Source: Candidatus Buchananbacteria bacterium
GTDB taxonomy: Bacteria > Patescibacteriota > Patescibacteriia > 2-01-FULL-39-33
DNA: 64,000 nucleotides
Assembly (NCBI GenBank): GCA_041666945.1
Contig: JBAYFY010000002.1
Location: forward strand, 701-64,700
Direction of reading: 5' to 3'
The translations under genes were made by a program, and so were the position numbers. Positions 1 to 8,239 of the stretch are shown piece by piece. Positions within the stretch are counted from its first letter, which is position 1; each line of letters opens with the position of its first letter. The notes beneath the pieces were generated by a model. It did not search any database and was not told where the DNA came from. It saw nothing but the letters and a program-made list of their open reading frames with translations.

Positions 1-1071
1 GTTGATCGCAAGCGCCTGGTCGGCGTTACGGGCACGCGCGGCAAAAGCACTACTACCACTTTGATTTATGAACTGGTTAAGACGCTGGACAAGCAAGCGG
101 TGCTCGCGGGTAACATCACCAAGTCGCCACTGGCGCAAATACCACTAGTGAATAAGGGCGGGAGAATTGTTTTGGAACTGTCGTCCTGGATGACCGAAAG
201 CTTGGCCGACATCAAAAAGTCGCCGCACATCGCTGTTTTTACTAATATCTATCCGGACCATTTAAACACTTATTCCGGCATCAAGGATTATGCCGAGGCC
301 AAAAAGAATATCTTCAAGTTTCAGACCTTGCAGAACTATGCGGTTTTGAATCGTGATAATTCTTACACCAAAAAGATGGGTGGGGAGGTTGTGGCGCAGA
401 GATATTGGTTTTCGCTTAAATCTTTTGCCGAAGAGAACGGTTCGTTTATTAAAAACGGCAGGATTGTTTTTCGGCAGAACGGCGTTGAACAAATAATGTG
501 TTCAATTAGTGATATCAAGCTTTTAGGCGAACATAATTTATCTAATGTCTTGGCCGCAGTGACGGTCGCGGGCATTATCGGCATTAGTCCAAAAAATATC
601 AAGTCCGTGTTGCATCGTTTTTATGGCATACCCAACCGTCTGGAATTATTAAGAGAAGTCAGGGGAGTGAAGTATTATAATGACACCGCCTCCACTATGC
701 CGGAAGCGACGATAGTCGCCCTACGAGCATTATCAAGCCCCAAGCCCCAAGCCCCAAGAAGCCCTAAGCAGATAATATTAATTGCCGGCGGCGCTGACAA
801 GGGATTGGATTTTAAAGAATTGGCGCAAGAGATAAAAAAATATTGCCAAGCCGTTGTATTATTAAAAGGAGCAGGCACCGAAAGATTAAAAAAGGAACTT
901 AAAAATTTTACCATCGTTGATTCCCTGCCCGATGCCGTCGGTATAGCCAAATCATTCGCGACATCCGGCGATATAATTTTACTGTCCCCGGCCTGCGCTT
1001 CTTTCGGCTTGTTCAAGAATGAGTTTGATCGCGGTGATCAGTTTCGGCAATTGGTTAAAAAAATAAAATAA
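1..1071 (+). CDS. murD: UDP-N-acetylmuramoyl-L-alanine--D-glutamate ligase (5' end outside window)
   Basis: Frame open from base 1: VGVTGTRGKSTT P-loop, VLELSSW, YYNDTAST, LIAGGADKG, C-terminal LLSPACASFGLFKNEFDRG; lies upstream of ftsW. Confidence 0.95.
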   Translation, partial: VDRKRLVGVTGTRGKSTTTTLIYELVKTLDKQAVLAGNITKSPLAQIPLVNKGGRIVLELSSWMTESLADIKKSPHIAVFTNIYPDHLNTYSGIKDYAEAKKNIFKFQTLQNYAVLNRDNSYTKKMGGEVVAQRYWFSLKSFAEENGSFIKNGRIVFRQNGVEQIMCSISDIKLLGEHNLSNVLAAVTVAGIIGISPKNIKSVLHRFYGIPNRLELLREVRGVKYYNDTASTMPEATIVALRALSSPKPQAPRSPKQIILIAGGADKGLDFKELAQEIKKYCQAVVLLKGAGTERLKKELKNFTIVDSLPDAVGIAKSFATSGDIILLSPACASFGLFKNEFDRGDQFRQLVKKIK

Positions 1072-1101
1072 ATTAAAAGAGCGCCGCTCGAAAGCGACGC
1101 T
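1072..1101 (-). terminator. intrinsic terminator hairpin (possibly bidirectional)
   Basis: AGCGCCGCT-CGAA-AGCGACGCT with A-rich run on the left (U-tract on minus strand). Confidence 0.6.
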
Positions 1102-1218
1102 ATGTACGGAATTTTCAACGCATGGCTGGCCTCCTATCTTGACCGTCTTGACCGTTTGACAATTTCGGGTGGTGCGATTACTTTTTGGCCTTGAAAGGCC
1201 ATTAATCTAAGCAATATG

Positions 1219-1247
1219 ATTGTATCATAGATTAAAAATTTTGTCAA
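1219..1247 (-). promoter_or_regulatory. sigma70 promoter firing antisense between murD and ftsW
   Basis: minus strand TTGACA-17-TACAAT with TG extended -10. Confidence 0.7.
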
Positions 1248-1259
1248 TAGTTTAAAATA

Positions 1260-2381
1260 ATGCATAATTCGCCAAAAAAACAAAAAGAATCCAGTATTGA
1301 TTGGTATCTGATTGGCGCCATTTGGCTGCTGGTGGTTTTTGGTTTGGTAATGGTTTCTTCCGCCGGCGTAGCCATCGGCTGGCAGAAATATCAGGACGTT
1401 TATTGGCATCTCAAACATCAATTGTTATTCGGTGTTTTGCCGGGCGGAATTTTGTTTCTGATCCTGGCTAAAATTGATTACCATCGTTGGGAAAAATACG
1501 CGGCGCCCATGCTGTTTGTTTCCATTCTGCTTTTAGTATTGGTGTTTATTCCCGGCATTGGCGCTTCCTGGGGCACCAGCCATAGTTGGATTAATATTTT
1601 TGGTTATTCTCTCCAGCCGTCAGAAATCGTTAAACTGACTTTTTTGATTTATTTGGCCGCCTGGTTGTCCGCCAAGGAAGATCACCATCTGAAAGATTTG
1701 TCGGCCGGTTTTCTCCCGTTTGTTTTTATCTTGGCCGTCATCACTGCTTTATTGGTTTTAGAACCGGACACCGGCACGATGATTATTATCGTGGCCATGT
1801 CTTTGGCCGTGTATTTTTCCGCCGGCGGACGCTGGCTGCATTTAAGCTGGCTGACTGCGGCTGGTTTGGCCGGCCTTTGGGCGATTGTTAAAATTTCTCC
1901 GTACCGCGCCGCTCGCTTTACCACTTTCTTGCATCCTGAGCTTGATCCCCAGGGCATCGGCTATCAAGCCAACCAAGCGCTTTTGGCCATCGGTTCCGGC
2001 GGTTTATTCGGCCGCGGCTATAACCATAGCCGGCAAAAATTCGCTTACTTGCCGGAAGTTACCGGCGATTCCATTTTTGCCGTCATCGCCGAAGAATTGG
2101 GATTTATTTTGACTGCGGCGATTATCGCCGTTTATACTTTCATCGCCGTACGCGGCTTCAAACTGGCCGCCAAATGCCCGGACGCTTTCGGCCGCCTGCT
2201 GGTTGTCGGCATTATCGTTTGGTTTATCACCCAGGCCTTCGTTAATATTGGCGCCATGCTCGGCGTCATGCCTTTAACCGGCATTCCTTTGCCGTTTGTT
2301 TCTTACGGCGGCACCGCGCTGATGATGTCATTGGCCGCGGCCGGAATCTTGGCTAATATTTCCAAACAAGCTAACAGTTAA
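1260..2381 (+). CDS. ftsW: peptidoglycan glycosyltransferase FtsW (SEDS family)
   Basis: multi-TM; SLQPSEIVK, EPDTGT, LPEVTGDSIFAVIAEELG, PLTGIPLPFVSYGGT; dcw context. Confidence 0.93.
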   Translation: MHNSPKKQKESSIDWYLIGAIWLLVVFGLVMVSSAGVAIGWQKYQDVYWHLKHQLLFGVLPGGILFLILAKIDYHRWEKYAAPMLFVSILLLVLVFIPGIGASWGTSHSWINIFGYSLQPSEIVKLTFLIYLAAWLSAKEDHHLKDLSAGFLPFVFILAVITALLVLEPDTGTMIIIVAMSLAVYFSAGGRWLHLSWLTAAGLAGLWAIVKISPYRAARFTTFLHPELDPQGIGYQANQALLAIGSGGLFGRGYNHSRQKFAYLPEVTGDSIFAVIAEELGFILTAAIIAVYTFIAVRGFKLAAKCPDAFGRLLVVGIIVWFITQAFVNIGAMLGVMPLTGIPLPFVSYGGTALMMSLAAAGILANISKQANS

Positions 2382-2384
2382 TTT

Positions 2385-3479
2385 ATGAATAAACGAGAAG
2401 TGACTATTTTATCAGAAGATCAGGAGAGTCGATTCAACCAAGATATCGCCGCCAAGATAGAAGAATTAAAATCAGCTTATCCCGATATCACTCATGGCGA
2501 GTATTGGCTGTCGCTGGAAAATGCTTTGCGAGCGGAGAAATTTTTGTTGGAAAAGATCGAACCGCTTTTGGATACCCCCGATCATCCTCGCGCCAATCCT
2601 GCCTATCGCCGGCGAATAAATAATTTTTCCAATCGAATAACTGACTATATTATGTTGCACCCTCACGCCGGTATGGATGAGGTTAGCCGAGCGTGCAATA
2701 TTAAATCAAAGGAGTTGGAGCAAATCAGGCAATTGCAAATCGCCAAGCATTATTTAGCGCGTTGCGTAACCTCTGTTAGCAGGGACTCCTCAATCATAAT
2801 CAATGAATTTGACGAGATGTATTTTTTCCGGCCGCCTAAACCGGCGCCCGGGGAGGAAAATAAATATTGGAAAGCGGAGGAATTGGGCGTGCCGGCGATG
2901 CTTTCCGGCGCCTTTGTCTTCAGTGAAGGGGCTTGGTCCAGGATAGAACCCGACTGGAAGAAAAAGGAGTTTGATGAAACCGGAGAAGATTTTTGCATGC
3001 TAACAACAGGATCCAGTATAGATAGGAAATATTTTAGAGGAGAGAGTAATCCTTTGCATTATTTGGGTTTAAGTTATTTTCTAGAAGGAATTGAAAAGGA
3101 CATAATAAATTCCAGCAGGCATGAAGTCGTTCATCAAGTTGATTTTTTAAGGTCTGAAAGACGGGGTGTAAATTTTATTTTGACGGAAGTCATTGCTTTT
3201 CGCATCGACGGTCAGATGGACACGCCGAAAAACAGAAAAAAATCGCGCGACAGATTCCGGGAGTTTATTAACGATCATATAAAGGGTTACTTGAAAAAGT
3301 ATGAAGTGGCTGATGCAGAAGAAGACAAGAAAACAGTTGAAGCTTTTTTGGCCGTACTGGATGAAGCGGAAAAAATTATCGGTTTTGCCCGAACGACCAG
3401 TATTTTGTTAGATTCGCTGACTTTGATGGAAGCGGCGGACAAATTAAATAGAGCAGCAGGAATAAGTTATGAAATATAA
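2385..3479 (+). CDS. hypothetical protein with HExxH motif (possible zincin-like metalloprotein)
   Basis: 364-aa ORF tightly packed between ftsW and murG; RHEVVH followed by a downstream E (LTEVIA). Confidence 0.7.
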   Translation: MNKREVTILSEDQESRFNQDIAAKIEELKSAYPDITHGEYWLSLENALRAEKFLLEKIEPLLDTPDHPRANPAYRRRINNFSNRITDYIMLHPHAGMDEVSRACNIKSKELEQIRQLQIAKHYLARCVTSVSRDSSIIINEFDEMYFFRPPKPAPGEENKYWKAEELGVPAMLSGAFVFSEGAWSRIEPDWKKKEFDETGEDFCMLTTGSSIDRKYFRGESNPLHYLGLSYFLEGIEKDIINSSRHEVVHQVDFLRSERRGVNFILTEVIAFRIDGQMDTPKNRKKSRDRFREFINDHIKGYLKKYEVADAEEDKKTVEAFLAVLDEAEKIIGFARTTSILLDSLTLMEAADKLNRAAGISYEI

Positions 3480-4542
3480 ATTATTATTATCCGGCGGCGG
3501 CACCATGGGTTCGGTCAGTCCGCTTGTCGCTGTTTATCAGGAAATCAAGAAGCGTCAGCCCGACGTTGAATTTTTATTTGTCGGCACTTCCGCCGGTCCG
3601 GAACGGGGGGCGGTGGAAAGCTACAAAATTCCTTTTGTCAGCATCAGCTCCGGCAAATTCCGCCGTTATTTTTCTTGGCAAAATTTTTTTGACCCGTTTA
3701 AAGTCATTATCGGCTTTTTTCAGGCGTTGAAAATCCTGCTGGCTTTCCGTCCCCGGGCAATAATGATCGCCGGCGCTTACGTGGGAGTGCCTCTGGCTTG
3801 GGCGGCGTGGCTGTTGAAAATTCCGGTCTTGATTCATCAGCAGGATATTGAGGTTGGTCTGGCCAATCGTTTAATGTCGCCGGTGGCCAAGAAAGTTACC
3901 GTGGCTTTTGATATTTCTTTGCGCGATTTTAAGCGCGGCCGGGCGATTTTAACCGGCAATCCGATCCGCGAGGAATTCAGTCATTGCGATAAAGACAAAA
4001 GCCGTGAATTGTTTGGTTTAAAAAAGGATGTGCCAGTCGTTTTTTTTACCGGCGGCGGCACGGGCGCGGTGGCCATGAATGAAATATTGGAGCAGGCCCT
4101 GCCCGATTTAATGAAGTTCGTCCAAATTATCCATGCTACCGGCAAGGGAAAGAAAATCAATTTTTCCGCCGACAATTATCATCAGTTTGAATTCATAACT
4201 CACGAGATGCCCGAGGCCTTATGCGCGGCCGATCTGGTGGTAACGCGCGCCGGATTGTCCACTTTATCGGAATTATCCTATTGCGGCAAGCCCGCCGTTA
4301 TTATCCCGATGTATCGGACGCATCAAGAGAATAACGCTAATTATTTTCAGAAGCATAATGCCGCCGTGGTCTTGTCGGAAGCGTCACTGAATAAGAAAAT
4401 GCTGGTTGATATTATTAGCGGACTGATTAGAAGCGAGGATAAATTACGCAGTTTGTCGAAGAATATTAAAAAGATGATGCCGCAAAACGGCGCGGCCGCC
4501 ATAGCGGATGTAATCTTGCAATTAATCAAAAATAAAAAATGA
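3469..4542 (+). CDS. murG: undecaprenyl-PP-MurNAc-pentapeptide GlcNAc transferase
   Basis: GGGTMGSV, HQQD, TGNPIR, TGGGTGA, RAGLSTLSE, HQENNA motifs. Confidence 0.95.
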   Translation: MKYKLLLSGGGTMGSVSPLVAVYQEIKKRQPDVEFLFVGTSAGPERGAVESYKIPFVSISSGKFRRYFSWQNFFDPFKVIIGFFQALKILLAFRPRAIMIAGAYVGVPLAWAAWLLKIPVLIHQQDIEVGLANRLMSPVAKKVTVAFDISLRDFKRGRAILTGNPIREEFSHCDKDKSRELFGLKKDVPVVFFTGGGTGAVAMNEILEQALPDLMKFVQIIHATGKGKKINFSADNYHQFEFITHEMPEALCAADLVVTRAGLSTLSELSYCGKPAVIIPMYRTHQENNANYFQKHNAAVVLSEASLNKKMLVDIISGLIRSEDKLRSLSKNIKKMMPQNGAAAIADVILQLIKNKK

Positions 4543-5912
4543 ACTTAACACAAATAAAAAAAATCCATTTTATCGGCATCGGCGGCATTGGCATTTCGGC
4601 CGCGGCGCGTTTGGCGCGCAATCGGGGGATGAACGTTTCCGGCAGTGACGCGCAAGAGAGCGAGACAGTCGCTGATTTGAGGTCGCAAGGATTTATCGTT
4701 GCCGTACCGCAAGCGGCTGCCAATGTCCCCGAAGACGCGGATTTGGTTGTTTATACGGTAGCTGTTACCGCGGATAATCCGGAAAGGGCGCGAGCGCAAG
4801 AATTAAAAATAGAGCAGCTGACCTATCCGCAGTTTCTGGGCCTGTTAATGTCAGGCAAATTTGGCATCGGCGTTTCCGGCACTAACGGCAAAACCACCAC
4901 TACCGCCATGATCGCCAAAATTTTAATTGATGCGAGTAAGGATCCGAGCGTGGTTTTGGGATCCAAGGCGGAATTTTTATCCGACAATGCGCGATCGGGC
5001 CAGAGCGAATACTTTGTGTTTGAAGGCGACGAGTACCGCCGGGCCTTCGCTAATTATCATCCCAAGATAGCGGCCGTTACTTATATTGGCGAGGATCATC
5101 TGGATTATTACAAGGATTTGGCCGAAATAAAATCGGCGTTTAAGGATTATCTTCTGCGGGTGCCGGCCGAAGGTTACGCGGTATTAAATGCCGACGATCC
5201 CAATTCAATGGAACTCGCGCCGGAACTTAAAGCGAATAAAGTTACTTTTGGCCTCACTGAAGAAGCTGACTATATGGCTTCGGAAATATACTGTGAAGAT
5301 GGCCGGCAATTTTTTACGGTTAATTCCGGTGATGGCTTAAGCCAAAAATTAAGCATTCAGTTGCCGGGGCGCTACAATATTTACAATGCCTTATGCGCCG
5401 TCGCTGTTTGTCGGGTATTGGATATTGCTTGGCCGAAGATTATTGAATCCGTAGCTGATTTTACCGGCACCTGGCGGCGGTTTGAACGGCTGGGGCAACT
5501 GGGCCAAGCCGAAGTGATTGCTGATTATGCCCATACGCCCGATGCTGTCGCTCAAGTTATCGGCGCGACCAAGGAATTCTATCCCGGCAAAAAGATACTG
5601 ACCGTGTTTCAGCCCCACCAATACTCCCGAACAAAAAATTTGTTCAATAAATTCGTCACGGCTTTCGGTTCGGCCGAGCAGGTGATCATTCCTGACATTT
5701 TTTATGTGGCGGGGCGGGAGAAGCCCGAGGATTTTGATGTTGACTCTAAAATCTTGGCCGAGGCAGTTGCCGGGCAAGGCGTTAAAGCGGTCTATGGCGG
5801 CACATTATCGGCAAGCGAAGAGCTGGTTAAAAAAATGGCAAAAGATTTTGATATAGTTTTGGTTTTAGGCGCCGGTGATGTTTATGAATTGGCGAAAAAT
5901 TTGATTAAATGA
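4539..5912 (+). CDS. murC: UDP-N-acetylmuramate--L-alanine ligase
   Basis: IHFIGIGGIGIS, GTNGKTTTT, EGDEY, DYAHTP, FQPHQYSRT, LGAGD. Confidence 0.95.
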   Translation: MNLTQIKKIHFIGIGGIGISAAARLARNRGMNVSGSDAQESETVADLRSQGFIVAVPQAAANVPEDADLVVYTVAVTADNPERARAQELKIEQLTYPQFLGLLMSGKFGIGVSGTNGKTTTTAMIAKILIDASKDPSVVLGSKAEFLSDNARSGQSEYFVFEGDEYRRAFANYHPKIAAVTYIGEDHLDYYKDLAEIKSAFKDYLLRVPAEGYAVLNADDPNSMELAPELKANKVTFGLTEEADYMASEIYCEDGRQFFTVNSGDGLSQKLSIQLPGRYNIYNALCAVAVCRVLDIAWPKIIESVADFTGTWRRFERLGQLGQAEVIADYAHTPDAVAQVIGATKEFYPGKKILTVFQPHQYSRTKNLFNKFVTAFGSAEQVIIPDIFYVAGREKPEDFDVDSKILAEAVAGQGVKAVYGGTLSASEELVKKMAKDFDIVLVLGAGDVYELAKNLIK

Positions 5913-5953
5913 AAACACCGACGAATTGTCGGTGTTGGTAAGAACCTTTAAAA

Positions 5954-6586
5954 TCAGGAAGGTCTTTTGCCGATTGCAACATTACACGCGAAAGCAAAAC
6001 GTTCCGGATGTTCCAGATAATCATAAAGGAATCGTATTTTTTCCCTAATCTCATCTTCGTTTGTCGGGGGAGCGCTATGATTAACTTCCAGCCAAAGCAG
6101 GGAACGGATTTCTGCGATGATTTCCGGCAGTCGGGGAGCAGAAAGGGTTTTTGCTTTTTCATATTCAGGGTTGTCACCCCACAAGACCGACAGGAGAACA
6201 GGCATTAGATCTTCATCCAATTCTTTTAATTTTAAACTGGCGCACAGATTTAGCACTAATGTTATCAACCGTGAGAGTGATTCTCTGGGAAAGGGCTTCA
6301 TAGCCGCTTCGCGTTGCTCAACTGTTAAGGAACACTTATATTCAACCATCGGTTCCTTTTTTGTCTCTTCGGTTGTGGTTCCTTCAATAAAGCAGTCCCA
6401 GGATATTTCCCGAAAGGACAAAATAACTATCCGTGTGCCCCGTGTGCCAAAAGAACAAACATCGCTGATCTTTTTTATTGCCTGACTGAATGGAAAGTGG
6501 CCTTTATCAAATGCCATAAAGATATTATCGATGCCTGGGTTGAAATGTTCGGTGAACATAGCGTAAGAAACGAACCAATATTTCAT
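5954..6586 (-). CDS. orphan hypothetical protein (SD-led cassette)
   Basis: 210 aa; upstream AGAGGAGGAAATAATG; own promoter TTGACA-17-TATGAT at 6664-6692; boxA-like GTTCTTTTAACAATT at 6635-6649. Confidence 0.75.
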   Translation of the reverse strand: MKYWFVSYAMFTEHFNPGIDNIFMAFDKGHFPFSQAIKKISDVCSFGTRGTRIVILSFREISWDCFIEGTTTEETKKEPMVEYKCSLTVEQREAAMKPFPRESLSRLITLVLNLCASLKLKELDEDLMPVLLSVLWGDNPEYEKAKTLSAPRLPEIIAEIRSLLWLEVNHSAPPTNEDEIREKIRFLYDYLEHPERFAFACNVAIGKRPS

Positions 6587-6811
6587 TATTTCCTCCTCTT
6601 GTTGTTTGGTTGACTATTGATCTATAAAATACCTAATTGTTAAAAGAACTTTATTGATTTTTGATCATATCATAATGAATAATTAATGTCAATATGTCGG
6701 TAGATTTATATAAAATCCAACAAAAAGCCGAACAGCCGCGCAAGCGGAAAAAAGTCAAGAAGGCGCCGGGTTTTGCGGCGCAAAAGCAAGCCCTGGAAGC
6801 AAGCAAATATT

Positions 6812-7780
6812 ATGTTAGAACAAGCCAAAAAAAATCTCGGTAAAAGGTTCAAAGAAAATGAGCCGTTAGCCAGCCATACCACTTTGCGAATCGGCGGTCC
6901 GGCCAAGTTTTTTGCTATCGCGCAAACCCCGGAGGAAATCCTGGCTTTGATCCAGGAAGCAGAAACGGCGGGCGTAAATCACGCCATCATCGGCGGTGGC
7001 AGCAATATCTTGGCCAGTGATGACGGTTTTGACGGCTTAGTGATTAAAGCAAACGGCGGCGAAATAAAAGTTGACGGCGAGCAAATGACCGTTGATGCCG
7101 GCGCGCCTTTGGCTTTGGCTTTGACTGAAGCGACCAAAAACGGCTTAACCGGTTTGGAGTGGGCTGTAGGCATACCCGGAACTGTCGGTGGAGCTGTTTG
7201 CGGCAATGCCGGCGCTTATGGCGGCGATATGGCGCAAAGCGTGGTTGCAGTAAAAGTGTTGCAAGATGAAAAGGCGGTTGAGTTGAATAACAGTGATTGC
7301 GGTTTTGGTTATCGTGATAGCCGGTTTAAAAAAGATGCCAATGGAGACATTGTTTTATCTGCCGTCTTAAAGTTAAAAAAGGCAACACCGGAAGAGATTA
7401 CCGCCGCCAAAGAAAAGATGTTAAAAATTATTGCGGAGCGCGGCGCCAAGTTCAGCGAAGGCGCTTCAGCCGGCAGTTTTTTCCGCAATGTCATGCTGAC
7501 TGCAGAAGATGCGGCAGAGTTTAAAAAGACACATCCGGAAGTTCCGGATCAGTTTATTGAGTGGCGGAAAATTCCCGCGGCTTGGCTGATTGACCAATGC
7601 GGTTTGCGCGGACGGCAAATAGGCGGCGTCAAGGTCAGCAAGCGGCACGCCGGCGTCATTATTAATACCGGCGGAGCAACCGCCAGCGACGTGGTTATAA
7701 TGGCTTCACTTGTTAAGCAGAAAGTCAGAAGCCAGTTCGGTTTACAGCTGATGGAAGAAGTGCAGTATCTGGGTTTTTAA
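6812..7780 (+). CDS. murB: UDP-N-acetylenolpyruvoylglucosamine reductase
   Basis: HTTLRIGGPA, GGGSNIL, GIPGTVGGAVCGNAGAYG, SAGSFFRN; ATG 6812 chosen over upstream TTG. Confidence 0.95.
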   Translation: MLEQAKKNLGKRFKENEPLASHTTLRIGGPAKFFAIAQTPEEILALIQEAETAGVNHAIIGGGSNILASDDGFDGLVIKANGGEIKVDGEQMTVDAGAPLALALTEATKNGLTGLEWAVGIPGTVGGAVCGNAGAYGGDMAQSVVAVKVLQDEKAVELNNSDCGFGYRDSRFKKDANGDIVLSAVLKLKKATPEEITAAKEKMLKIIAERGAKFSEGASAGSFFRNVMLTAEDAAEFKKTHPEVPDQFIEWRKIPAAWLIDQCGLRGRQIGGVKVSKRHAGVIINTGGATASDVVIMASLVKQKVRSQFGLQLMEEVQYLGF

Positions 7781-7830
7781 GAAGCAGCTTATTACTTATT
7801 ACCTATTACTTATTATCTTTTAACAAAAAT

Positions 7831-8133
7831 ATGAACATCTCAATCAAAACGACCAGAATTGAATTAACGCCGGGGATAGAAACGGCGATAAACGACAAAA
7901 TTGGCGGGCTGGCCAAATATTTTGACAATATCATCGGCTGTGAAGTGGAAGTGGGCAAGACCACCGAGCATCATCACAAGGGAGAAATTTTCCGCGCTGA
8001 AGTCAATTTGGAGGTGCCGAAGAAAGTCATTCGCGCCGAGGCCGAGTCCGATGATTTGTATAAGTCCATCAATGAAGTTAAAGACAAGATGAAAGTGGAA
8101 ATTATGAAATACAAAGAGACCTTGCGCGACTGA
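7831..8133 (+). CDS. hpf: ribosome hibernation promoting factor / RaiA (short form)
   Basis: 100 aa, MNISIK...HHHKGEIFRAEVNL...DLYKSINEV; typical position upstream of secA. Confidence 0.88.
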   Translation: MNISIKTTRIELTPGIETAINDKIGGLAKYFDNIIGCEVEVGKTTEHHHKGEIFRAEVNLEVPKKVIRAEAESDDLYKSINEVKDKMKVEIMKYKETLRD

Positions 8134-8239
8134 TCGGCGCGATTGGATTAGCCAGCCGCCTCCAATAACCAGCGGGGCGGATTGCCAAAAAGCGGAAAAT
8201 ATTGTAAACTGATCTAACCTTGATTTATTAATATTATTT

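Noticed and set aside
5905-6177. 90-aa minus-strand ORF overlapping the orphan at 5954-6586
   Set aside because: Alternative frame with no SD; the longer ORF has the full promoter and SD.
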